A DNA stretch of 64,000 bases from Octopus sinensis. Lineage: Eukaryota. The position numbers were made by a program, and so were the translations under genes. The stretch is taken from contig NC_043011.1 in NCBI RefSeq assembly GCF_006345805.1, positions 52,712,464 through 52,776,463 on the forward strand, written 5' to 3'. Below, piece after piece: positions 48,828 through 61,395 of this stretch (position 1 is the stretch's first letter; each line of letters starts with the position of its first letter). The notes beneath the pieces are model-generated. The model was not told where the DNA came from and searched no databases. It saw only the letters and a program-made list of their open reading frames with translations.

Positions 48828-51474
48828 ACCAAAGGCCAATGCTGTATCCCCACCCTGTGAGTTGTTGCTGCTGTTTCCTGCACATCACCTTTCCTATTCC
48901 AGATCTTCCAAAGGGGTGCATTTTTAAAGTTCAGTTTTTTCCTACTCGGAGCTCTCTGTCACTGAACTTGTAACTATAACAATATTGAAATGCAATATCT
49001 GAAACGGAAAAAAAAAAATTGTTTAACATATTTTATTTCCCTTTTGGTTTATTTATTGGGTGTTTTCAGTATCATCTCAGAATTTCTTTTTCTTTTCTTT
49101 TTTTGATTTAATGAAAACAGTTTGTATGAAAGAGAGGAATTTTTCTTTTTTTTTTTTTTTTTTTTTACAATGATTGTTTCCTTGTACAGAATTTCATTAA
49201 AATTATTCCATATTTTGTAGAAAGCCAACTTAAGCATCTAAAGATAGCAGTGGAAATATCTCAATAATCTTTATGCTTCAATCCAACAAACATTATTGCA
49301 AAGATGAACACTTTTTTTGAAAAATCGCATGTTCCTGTTTCATTTCTTCCTTTTATATTTGTGAATCCTTTATTTTGAAACCATATCATGAAACATTTGA
49401 ATATTTCTTATTTTATGATTTATTTGTTTTTCAGAAAATTTACAATGTCTTTTTTTCTTCTTCCTTCTTAGTTTTATTATTTAGAACTGATTTTTATCAA
49501 CTTTTACAATTTTCAAATCATTTGTATCCCTTTTTCTTCTTCTCCTGCTCTCAATATTTGTATATTTTCAACATGATCTGTAGAACAATTTTGTCAAGGT
49601 TTTCAAGTTAGAGAATATGTGGAAATATCCAATATCATGGTGTTAGCTTGTTTAATACAAAACAATTCTTACAAGGAGCTCTCTTGCACCAAAAACGTGA
49701 AATTAAGGTTAATTTTACTAAGATGAGTAAAATTGGATTTAACTTTTTTTTTTCTTCTGAATGTTGTTGTCAAACCCTAAAGGTAGAATCAGTGGGGCAA
49801 CTGACAAAATAATTTGTTTTCTTTGGTTGTCTTTATATGTCCCCAAGTTGAAATACTGCCCCTGTCTACTCTGCCTTTAATTCTTCCGAGATAAAATAAG
49901 TATCAGTAAGATGTGGTGGTGGTGGTTGATATAATCAACAATATGTTTGAATGTGGTTCCTCAACATGGCTACATTTCAATAGCTGAAACTAGTGATATA
50001 AAAAAATTACAAAACAGAAGAGAAAAAAAAAAATCAACTGGAATGATGTGTTGACTTTTGATGTGGAAAATAACATTTTTGGCATCACTTTTGTCTTTGG
50101 AGGACAAGTGAGGAATTCTCAACAAAATGTAGGTTTTCATTTCCAATCCATTTCTTACTGAAGCAGGCTGTCAGTAGCTTACCCTGATACTAGTGACTCT
50201 CCTTTAATATAAACGTGTTCCTCTCTAACATGATTCCCTCTCCACTGTATATTATTAATTTAGAGATCAATACTTATCTGTTGTCCTATAACCATCCACA
50301 CCACTGCCTCAGAGATCACTTTAGTGATTCCAGCTAACTGGCAAATGCCTCTTATCTTCTCAGGTTTAAAATATCCAATTTACAGGGATTTATCTTTGAT
50401 GAAAATTAAACAAATCTTTTAGATGTTGAATTACATTCAATTTACTTTGTGTCTCTCAAGAAACAAAGTACCAACAACTGTCTGGTTATCATGTTTATTC
50501 ATGTCATGTTCTCCTGAATTTTACTTAATCACATCACCAGTAATACTATTTTAGATTTAAAGTGCAGTTGAGGTTAGCTTCTTAACCCTGAAAGGTGACC
50601 ACTTTTGTTGATAACATTCTTTAAAATGCTGGGTCATGACTTCATATTTTTGATTCTTGCAGTAGTGTGTCCTTAAAAAAAAAAAAAGACACTTGATTTT
50701 ATGTACCTAACAGAAATACTGTTAATCAATGATCTGTATAAAAGTATAAATCTACTCTGACCACTACCATTTACTATGGTATGATGGCAATACTTTTGAT
50801 TTACTATGAATGATGGCAATACTTTTGATTTAAATTTTAGTAAAAAGATATGGAAGGGAGAAATGGGTAAATGACAACAAAATTAAATTTATTTCAGCAA
50901 ACACGTGTTATGATGTTTCTGTCAATATCTGTTTTAAAATGGAAGTAATTATCTAAGAGAAGTCTGAAACTGAAATAAGCTTCTCATTTAGTTATTCTAG
51001 TATTTTCTCTACTTGAGTTTTCCTATGAAATGAAATGAATGTAACAAATCACTCCTTGTATATACTACCACGCGTTAACACTATATTAGCACTCTTGCCC
51101 ATACTGCCAATCAGCATATAGGACCAATCAACACTCACAGCTCCTGCTGCTACGACAACTGAATTACATAATTTTTGTTCAGAATACTTTAATTCAATGA
51201 TATTCCCATTAACTTGGGAGTTGGTGCTAAATAGATCAACCTCAGTCACTTGTACTATGTATAAAATTAACTTACTTTTGGCATTGTGTAGTTTTTCTTT
51301 ACTGGATGGACAGCACAGCTGAGAGAGAGCTAACTAGGCTTAGTGAAATACTGTGAAGCATCTGTCTGTTAAGGAGCAGAGCTGAGTCAAGTCTTTGGAA
51401 TGAGGTGATGTTGAACAGGGGGATAATCCTATAGATTTTCACGAATAGTGTATTTGGAGAAACACATCTTGATT

Positions 51475-51521
<47 letters not shown>

Positions 51522-52420
51522 ATGGTAAGAAATTTCTTGGATGGTCAGATTGATTGCTGTGCCACAAGATAATGTATAGAGTAATGTTTTGGGTTGTGCT
51601 TTTCTATGTGTGACAGCCAAATACAATACTTAGATTTTTATGGTTTGATATCTTGAAGCAACCCTTTGAATAAAGTTTCTACTACTATGAAATGTTGCAC
51701 TGATTACCTCTGTGGTTTGATCACAGCTAATCTCTAATCTTCCTCTTCAATATCCCTTCTTTGTTGAACAAAGCAATTAAAACAAAACAAAAAAAAAAGA
51801 AAGAAAATGCAGTCCGAACGCCCAGTTATGGAATAATATTCAAATATTTTTTTTTCTCTTTTCTCAAGAGTGGAAAATTTCAGTGAAGTAAATCTGTTTA
51901 CATTTCTTCACTTCCAATGAACCAGATCAGAACTTGATGAGTTAATTGACTGTACATGATCTTTGTGTGTGTGAGAGAAAGAGAGAGAGAGAGAGCATAT
52001 ATATATATATATATATATAATGTCTATGTATGCATGTATATATTATATGACAAATATTTACAGTGCAGAAGATATATCTTTGTATAGTTAGCAATAAATT
52101 GCCTGGACAGAAATCGTTATCAAGTGTTGTTATTCTCTGAAGTTTAATCTTTTTAATTACTTTTTTGCTTTAATTTTTAATTTTTATGAGCAGTGAATTA
52201 TTAGAAATGAAAAATGAGCAGAACCGTTGCTGAAAACTGCTTGGTTTCATCTAAATTCTCTTCAGAATCCATACAATAGATTTTATGCACGTTCTGTGAG
52301 TTGATCCACTCAACGATAATCCTCTCCAGGAAGACAAAATTTGATCCTGGCAGGATTTGAACGAAGAATTAATTTAACTGAATACCGGAAAATGTTGTCC
52401 TTGGACAAATAATAAATATT
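48828..52420 (+). other. Probable UPRT 3' UTR; end uncertain
   Basis: U-rich, nearly SINE-free sequence after the stop codon. AATAAA at 51669, 52093 and 52411; the site actually used cannot be determined from sequence. Confidence 0.4.
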
Positions 52421-52763
52421 ACTATTCTTACTAAACGTTTGTTGCATTATATATAACCAAAAACAGACTTATTGCAATATGCTGCACCTTGTTATAAAGC
52501 TGATATTAGTTACCACGATGCCATCAATACAGAACCAAAGTGTTTAAAAAGTAAACGAGTTCATTCTATTGGCTTAATTTTTGAAATTATCTCCCTTGAT
52601 ATATAAATTTCGATTCGATGAGTCTTCAATGACGGATATTTGAAGAATCCAAGAACAGTTCCTGTAATAATAATCATAAGTTGTATATCTAAAGAATGTT
52701 TTACTGCATTTACCACTTTTTAAATATATATTTGTATCAAATCAGCAACTGTATATTTCTGTC

Positions 52764-53346
52764 TTGGCATCACTCAGCAAGACTTTTGTTAGCCGCTCTC
52801 CAGCCATCTATTTAAAGCTGTATACAGCTATGGTACGACCACACTTGGAATTCGCATCATCAGTTTCGAACCCCTATCTTGCTCAGAACATTGACCTCCT
52901 GGAATCTGTCCAGAGACGTGCAACCAAACGCATACCCTCCATCAGACACCTACCATACTCTGAGCGCCTTGTTTCCCTGGGCATGGATTCACTGAAGCTC
53001 CGGCGTCTGGCGACGGACTTCGTAAACGCCCACAAAGTTGTCAACCACCTCACCAACAACAACACTGAACACCTTTTTGATCTCCATGTGTCTAACACAC
53101 GTGGACATGCCTACAAAGTCAGAAAACAACACAGCTCCCATGACTTTCGGAAACATTTCTTCACGCTCAGAGTTGCTGAAGCATGGAATAAACTGCCTGC
53201 GTCAGTTGTTGACTGCCATGACACTGCATCCTTTAAGGCCCTCATGCTTTCCGAAATCCGCCAAAACTACACCTGATTATATATACACTTTAGATGAGTT
53301 GTAGTGCACCTGAGCACTGTACACGATGTTTATTATTATTATTATT
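52764..53346 (+). mobile_element. CR1-clade LINE 3' fragment (~170 codons open) with (ATT)n tail
   Basis: LYTAMVRPHLEFASSV...LESVQRRATK...RGH...FFTLRVAEAWNKLP, the typical CR1 ORF2 C-terminus. Confidence 0.93.
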
Positions 53347-54265
53347 GATGGTACATTAATTTAGTACATGGGATTTTGAGTTCAAACCATATCAGAGCTA
53401 TTATTATTTTTGTCCTTTTAGTAAGATGCATAACTCGACTTTGCTAGATAAACTGAGGCAAACGAACAGCTACTGTTCTAAATTCCAAGTTGGAAGGCCA
53501 TTTACAAGAAGATTATTAAACTATAAAAATAATAGCTCCAACAAAACCCTTTACTGATGCAAGACACCTTTTACAGTTAGGAAGTATCTTTTCCATCCAC
53601 GTAGTTCTACGTTTGGTCTCCCTTAAAGAATTGTAAGCACACCGGGCAAAATGTTTAACGGTATTTCATGTCTTAATATTCTGAGTTGAAATTCCGCCGA
53701 GGTCGATCTTTACCTTTCATCCTTTCAAGGGCAATGTAATCGACTTACCTCCTCCTGCAAGTTGCTGGCCTTGGGCCAAAATTTGAAAATAATGTATTCC
53801 CTATCGGGGTTTTGTGTCTTCTATTATATCACTTCAAATCAACCCTTTATTTTAGTGAAATACATTTCGCTAAACAAGAGATATTTCTATAAGCATCTTT
53901 AGCTGAGTTATCTCCCTTCACGCCAAAAAATTAAAGGATTTGATTTTGTGTTACGAGGCTAGAATAAGTTCCGAGCTAAATTAATTTAAAGGAAAGTATG
54001 AGACGGAATAATTTCATAGCAAACCGTGCACGATAAAATTCAATTGCTTTCAGGTCAAATTGTGGTTCTATTCTAATTGAGGACTGTGAAAAAGCATTAA
54101 GTACTTTCATATGAGATTTTAAACAGTGCTCGAATTGCTAATGATTTCTACGGGGTTGCTGAAATTGATACCTTTGTGGTGAGGCGGTGAAACACTGGGG
54201 TCGATGTAATTGACTAGTCCCCTCTAAAATTTCAAGGCTTTTGCCATTAATAGAAAGTATTATTA

Positions 54266-54622
54266 TTACCTCCGCCTTAATGAAGGTGGAGGTATTGTTT
54301 GCAGTAGTATTCGTCTGTTTGTCCTTGGACAAGATGTCACAAGAACCGCTGGATGGATTTGGATGAAACTTTCAGGGATGTTTGGCCTTGTGACTGAATA
54401 GATTTTGGGATCGATCCGGTACTGGACAAAGATTCTGGGGTTTTTTTAATCTTTTATTTATTTTTTTATTTTTGAGAGCAGTCAGGTTAATTTTTAGTAT
54501 TTTCGTTTGTGAGAGTAGTCGAATTTATTTAAGATACTGTCATTTTAAAAATCACCTCTGGCTAATCATTGAGAGGATGTTGGTGTTGCTTTGACGGAGG
54601 TTTGTACTATCTGAGTTCCCTT
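54266..54622 (+). mobile_element. Helentron-associated non-autonomous element (HINE/DINE-1-like)
   Basis: 5' TACCTCCGCC with adjacent inverted GGTGGAGGTA (54285-54294), GTCTGTTTGT core, GGATGGATTTGGATGAAACTT block, 3' GACGGAGGT subterminal repeat. Confidence 0.65.
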
Positions 54623-54985
54623 ATTATTATTATTATCATTAAAAGGTGGCAAGCTAGCAGAATTGTTAGTATGCCAAGTAAAATGCCCAGTGGCATTTTG
54701 TCTATCTTTAGATTCTGAGTTCAAATGCTACCAGGGTCGACTTTGCATTTCATCCTTTCAGGGTCAATGAAACAAATACCAGTTGAGCACTTTGATCGAT
54801 GTAATCGTTGTAGCCCCTTATCCAAAATTTATGCAATTGTACCAAAACTTGAAACCATTATTAATATTCCTCTCTATTATCAGTGCAAGGCTTGAAATTT
54901 GTGGGGAAGGGTCTAGATGATTCCATCAACTCCAGTGCTAGACTAGTACTTATTTTATCGACCCTGAAAGGATGAAAGGTAAATT

Positions 54986-55072
54986 CATAAGCATTTGCCA
55001 GATCAAGCCACGAGATTGAGGTCCTTTCCTCTGATCTATGCATCCAGACACTCCTGGGTTGACATCTATGAG
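54986..55072 (-). mobile_element. Tiny RT remnant of an early-branching (R2/NeSL/HERO-like) non-LTR element
   Basis: Minus strand PGVSGCI...GKDLNLV/WLDLANAY, with a deletion and a frameshift. Confidence 0.55.
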
Positions 55073-57687
55073 GTAGGTAGGTAGGTATGTACATATATAC
55101 ACATATGGTACTTGACTTTGTCTTGTCTTGCAAGTTACTTGATGGAGTTGCCAGTGCTATTTCCACAAAACAAGCACCCAATACATTCTGTAAAGTGGTT
55201 GGCATTAGGGAGGGCATCAGCTGTAGAAACCATGGCAAAACAGACAACAGGGCATGGCACGTCCCTCTGGCTTGCCAGCTTTTGTCAAACAGTCCAACCC
55301 ATGCCAGCATAGAACACGGACATTAAATTATGATAGCTACTTTACATATATATAGGTATGAAGTAGCCAAGGGAAATAACTCGTATAAGCTCGGAGTTGT
55401 CTCCTCTTGCGCTATGTGACATGACACTAACTTACGGTCAATGATCAATTTTCATTTCTGTGCAGGTTTTGCTAATCCTTATCTGCTTATCATACAAGTT
55501 TACATGTGATTTGACATCAAATCGATCAGGGAGAAATTTGGTGTACATTAACTTTGGTAACTTACCAAATTTTTAAGGTGCTCAATTATAAATTCAAATC
55601 TTGAGAACAGCATTGAACTGTTTCCTTAAGACACTTAATTCTCAAATAGCTTATTTGCCGAGCTAAAATAACTGTGAAGTAAAGAAGGGATACAGTTCGC
55701 AAGATAAAGACTTGGAACAGTCATGGACAATGTATATGGATTTAACTAATCTGGTGGTACTCGTAAAAAAAAAAAAGCTCCTTTAATTGATCAGGCTCAC
55801 AAACCACATAGTAAACCAAAACAAAAAAAAAAGGGATATAGGGTAGAGTCCAATGCAGTTGAAATCCAGCAAATCCAACTGGTAATGATTATTTCATTAG
55901 GAGTGTATTTATATATATATATAGAGTGGTTGTATACTGTCAACTCAACGTGACAGTCCTGTAAGGGAATTACATCACCGCTATTTAGCCCTAGGAAGCA
56001 TCGACGCTTCCTTTCGGCCATGACACATTTCCTGTGTCCTTATATATTTACGAAGGGGAGGCAAATACCCCCAACAACTAGGCCTGCATCTAGAGTCATG
56101 CATGTTTCAGATATATAGTTAATTCAAACATGAAAACGCGCGGATGTGGAACAAGTATAGTATTATTGGACACTCAGGAAAGAAGGAATGAATATATATA
56201 TATATATACATATACATACATACATACATATATATATAGTGTGGTGGTGCATGGCTTAGTGGTTAGGGTGTTGAACTCATAATCGTAAGGTTGTGGTTTC
56301 GATTCCTGGACTGGGTGACGTGTTGCGTTCTTCAGCCAAACACTTCGTTTTCACATTGCTCCAGTCCACTCAGCTGGCAAAAATGAGTAATCCTGCCACA
56401 GACCGGCGTCCCGTTCAGGTGGGGAATTTTTATGCCACTGAAACCGGGAGTCCGGCCCTTATGAGCCTGGCATGGCTCGAGAAAGAACATTTTTATATAC
56501 ATATGCTTAGTGGCATTTTGCTCAAATTCTGCAGAGGTCAATGAATCAACCACCAACCGAATTTGCTGGCCTTCTGCCAAAATTTGAAACTTATCTTTTC
56601 ATCTTACTGGAGCTGATGAAATAAAATAACAGTCAATCTCTGAGGTCAACTTACTTAATTATTCTCCACAACCAAATTTCTGGCCTTGTGTTGATGATAG
56701 AAAAAGGATATTTTTTTCTTGGAGTGGCTCGCTTTACTCTTTTCTCTTTTACTTGTTTCAGTCATTTGACTGCGGCCATGCTGGAGCACCACCTTCAGTC
56801 GAGCAAATCGACCCTGGGACTTATTCTTTGTAAGCCCAGTACTTATTCTATCGATCTCTTTTGCCGAACCGCTAAGTGATGGGGACGTAAACACACCAGC
56901 ATCGGTTGTCAAGCAATGCTAGGGGGACAAAGATACACACACACACACACATATAATATATATATATATATATATACACATATATATGACAAGCTTCTTT
57001 CAGTTTCCGTCTACCAAATCCACTCACAAGGCATTGGTCGGCCTGGGGCTATAGCAGAAGACACTTGCCCAAGATGCCACGCAGTGGGACTGAACCCGGA
57101 ACCATGTGGTTGGTTAGCAAGCTGCTTACCACACAGCCACTCCTGTGCTCAAGACTATAAATATATAAAATAATCAAAGTGACTCTGGAAGAACAAAAAC
57201 CAGACAGACTCTGGTATGAGTCAAGTTCAGAATATAGAAAGGTGAAACTAATCCTCCTCCAAACTTAACTGAGATGTTTAATTGACAAAACAAATGATAT
57301 TCATACTCTGTGCAGTAGTCAATAAGAGAATCTTTATCTCAGGACTATGGTAGCAAAATTCTTGTTACACTAATATATAGTGGATGAGACTTCTGGTGAC
57401 TTGCTGTGCTTGAAAAGACACTTCAAGTTAAATGAACTGTAATCGTTGCCAGTGACATGTGAAAGGCATCCAAGCTGATGACACCATAAAAGGCACTTGT
57501 ACCAGTGACATATGAAAGACACCCAATACACTCTGTAAAGTGGTTCGCATTAGGAGGGCATCCAGCCATAGAAACTAAGCCAACACATACGACTGGAATG
57601 GGGTAAAGCTCTCTGGTTTACCAGCTGAAGTCCAGCTGTCTAACCTATGTCAGCTTAGAAAAACAGACATTAAAGGATGATGATGAT

Positions 57688-57721
<34 letters not shown>

Positions 57722-57726
<5 letters not shown>

Positions 57727-57932
57727 GAGGGGTAAATTTGTAAATCCATCCATAAGACCTGCAGCTGAACAAAACATCGTTTTGAAGAGGTGCTGTAAGA
57801 TGCTAGCAAAAATTCAAATGGAATTGCAGGTTGTATTGGATAGCTTCCCAGAAGAGGTCTTCCAAGGTATTTTTGAGGTGTGGAAAATATACTGGAATAT
57901 GTCTAGGAAATGAAGAGAACTATTTCAAAACA
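57722..57932 (+). mobile_element. Degenerate mariner remnant
   Basis: TACATGAGGGGT end next to (TA)n. LDSFPEEVFQGIFEVWKIYW...*RELFQ resembles the mariner C-terminal FQxxFxxWKxRW...GxYFE. Confidence 0.45.
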
Positions 57933-60019
57933 GTTCCAAATACAAGTATAATAATATATGGCAGCTCACTACAGACACACCTTCCTTCTGCAAATACTTA
58001 ACCAAATGCAGCAACACAACTGAAGAGATAGATGCCTCTAGATTAGCCTTGGAGAGGAACATAGGAAATCTTCATATCAAAGAAGCTATATTGATCCACT
58101 GCCTCAACCAGAAAAATCAATATAATAGATTATTTCCAGGTGGATTTTTGTAAAACCTAGTCTGAGAATTTTCTAATGTCATCTTGTACAACTACTAGGG
58201 TGTGGGTTCATTCAACAATACTTTCCTGCTGGCAGTAGATGTTAATATTTTGCCAGCTCCTGTCAAACCGTCTGATCTATGCCAGCATGGAAAACAGATA
58301 TTAAATGATGATGGTCTCATAACTAATGTATTTAGTCTCTCAGGGAAATGAGAACCATTTTTAGGAGACATTGTAAAGTGGTTGGCATTAGGAAGGGCAT
58401 CTAGCTGTAGAAACCAAATAAGACTGGAACCTGGTGCAGCTTCCCAGCTCCATGTCAAACTATCCAACCCATGCCAGCATGGAAAACAAACATTAAAGGA
58501 TGATGATGATGGTGTAAGGATGCTTGAGCCAAGTGGTTCAATATGGCTCAGTATTTATTTATTCATAATTGACACTATTCTGATACTCTACTAATTATAA
58601 TTAGTAGTGTATCAGAATAATTATTGTCTGATCATTCACTCCGTTACAATTATTATGTATGTGAGTTTGTGCCTTAGTATATACATTTTAGAAAATAGTT
58701 TTGTGCTACTTTAGTTTAGCAAATTTAGAAGGAGACACTGCAAAATAATTGGCATATTTACTTGAGTACAATGTAATCTCAAATACATTGCAACCACTCT
58801 ATTTTAAATCTTAAAATCATAAATATTTTATTATCTTTTACATTTCAGTATAAGGCTGCCCTGCCGATTTTGATCCTAATGTTAGTTTTTTAAAATTAAA
58901 TTTCTTGCATTACACATTAGTAATATGTTGTGTAGTAGACTTAATCCATCACTCAGTTTAATTCCATCACCTTGCCCTTGGGTGGCTTTAATGGAGTCCA
59001 GTCTGTTGCGAGCAGTCCAATGTAAAGCTAACTTCCTCCTTCCTTTCCTCCCACTCTTTAACCAATTAGCATTTAAGCTGGACACATCAGGGTCAAAATA
59101 TTCTGCCTGTATTATGTTCAAATCAACCGAATTCAGCCTTTCACACCTAACATACAATGTCAATCTAAAAATATATTATCACATCATTGAAATCTCAAAG
59201 CTATGAGATAATGCATGATGAATTCAAACCAATTTAATAAATATGCTTTATGTTTGACAAACTAAGAATGATGGACACTGCTTTTCCTCCTGACTATACG
59301 ATAATAATAAAAATAAAAAAGCAATCAGTTTGATTTTCATCATAAGCTGCCAAAATAGGGCCTAATTTCATAGAGAAATGATTTACATAAATGATTTGCA
59401 TCATTTTCATCAATGTCCACTTTTCCATGCTGGCATTGGTCAAGCAGAATTTGTTGAGGCAGCTTTCCCATGGATGGGCACCTTCCCTGTTGCCAGCCAT
59501 CACCTGCTTCCAGGCAAGGTATTGAATCGTTAGCACGCCGGGCGAAATACTTAGCAGTATTTCGTCTGCCACTACGTTCTGAGTTCAAATTCCACCGAGG
59601 TCGACTTTGTCTTTCATCCCTTCGGGGTCGATTAAATAAGTACCAGTTACACACTGGGGTCAATATAATCGATTAATCCGTTTGTCTGTCCTTGTTTGTC
59701 CTCTCTGTGTTTGGCCCTTTATGGGTAGTAAAGAAATAGGTATTACTTCTCCATGGGCAGATATATTTTTCTGCCCATGAAAACAAACTTGTTTACAGCC
59801 ATAACATTTCAAGTGTAAATACACATATACACATACATACAATGTGTTTCTCTCAGTTTCCAAATGACGATGAAAGCTTTGGTTGGCCAGGAGCTATAGT
59901 ACCACACACTGGGACTGAATCCACATACATATTTATTCACAACCAATGCTGTATTTGTACACTGTGTACTATTGAAACACACCATAATTAACTGATAAAT
60001 ACACTCAGTGAACAGTTAT

Positions 60020-61277
60020 AAATAGTTTTCATTAATTTAAACATTTATTGAAAATTCAACAACAGGAAAAACAAAAGACATTTGCTTCTAGAAAATATTT
60101 GTTTAGAAAATATTTTATTAGAAAATCTTGGGTGTTTTAAAGCAACCAAGCTTTGAGCAGGAGTAATTATAATCACAATTCAAGTAGAGAGAGAGAGAGG
60201 ATCTAAGAATATCAGCAGAAGATTTATGGATGGACATTATTGTGTGTAATTAAAGCTTCCTGAACAAAGAACAGTCTGCTTGAATTAGAGACTTTAAAAT
60301 AGACAAACATTCCTTATGTTTTCTAGTTATTTCAAAACTAGAATTTTGGTTACGAAGAGCTGCATATAAACATTTTGCTAAAAAATATAAGTTTATATAT
60401 TTGTAATATTATCTTTAGCTTCATACTGTTTGGATATGTTTTATAAAGCTTTCTATATCAAACAGCAGTCAGATTTGAAAAGATTTTAAAGTAACTGGTA
60501 TAATGCAATTAATTACATTATTAATGAGAATATTAAAATTCAAAAGATTACATCTTTTGATTGGGATGAGACCTAAATTAATTTGTAATCTAAATTAAAT
60601 TCTAAAAAGGTCTTTGTTCAAATTTAGGATTTTAATTTATTCAGGACTTGGTAAATATTTACATCAAGTAATAATTTTCAGAGAAAGAAACTCAACAACC
60701 CAATTTTTAACACTCAGCTCCTAATACTGACAAAATGTAACTCATAATAATAATTCTAATAAACGTAACAGTAGACCAAACTTGCATGCAATTATAAGTG
60801 AAGTAAAATTTCTAAACATAAAAAATATTCATTATTTGTTCTGGCTCTAAATGTCATAACAAATTAACAGAACAGAAACATATAGTGAGGTGGGGGTGGG
60901 ATGGGAGAAGGGGGTGTATTTGACAGATTTGGTAAAGGGTTTTAACAAAAACATTTAAAGGTTTAAACTGGGTTAGCTTCCACAGAATTAAAGACAGGGG
61001 AAGATACCAACAAACTGTAAGAACATTTTTCGATGTTGATACAAGTTAAGATGTGATGAAGGTGACTAAATCAAAAGGTAGCCATGAAAGACATCACTGG
61101 TAAAGAAACCTGGTGTTGACAGTGTGATAATGGACTCATCCAACTGTAGACAGATGAAGATGAAGTCAGAAGTATAATGGACTCATCCAACTGTAGACAG
61201 ATAAAGATGAAGTCAGAAGTCAGTGACGTCAAAACCGACAAGTACTGTTGTAGTATTGTTCTATGAAACCTTTATTC
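60020..61277 (-). other. Candidate terminal exon (short coding end plus 3' UTR) of an unidentified convergent gene
   Basis: Minus-strand acceptor ttttcttttttTGCAG at 61278-61280 and AATAAA at 60044-60049 followed by GT-rich sequence. The phase-1 frame reads NKGFIEQYYNSTCRF*. Confidence 0.35.
61127..61220. repeat. 47-bp tandem duplication (1 mismatch)
   Basis: ATAATGGACTCATCC...GTCAGAAGT at 61127 and 61174. Confidence 0.95.
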
Positions 61278-61334
61278 CTGCAAAAAAAGAAAACATTTAC
61301 ATTTGATCAAGAAATAAAAATAGCTTAAATTCTT

Positions 61335-61395
61335 TAATAATACTAATAATAATAACAATAATAATAATAACAATAATAATACTAATAATAATAAT
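61335..61395. repeat. (TAA)n microsatellite, interrupted
   Basis: Seen directly in the sequence. Confidence 0.95.

Noticed and set aside
51049-51260. Minus-strand 66-codon ORF (TEVDLFSTNSQVNGNIIELKY...) with protein-like composition
   Set aside because: Weak acceptor only 21 nt from an upstream GTAAGT, no partner exon, no recognisable family, and it overlaps the probable UPRT 3' UTR.
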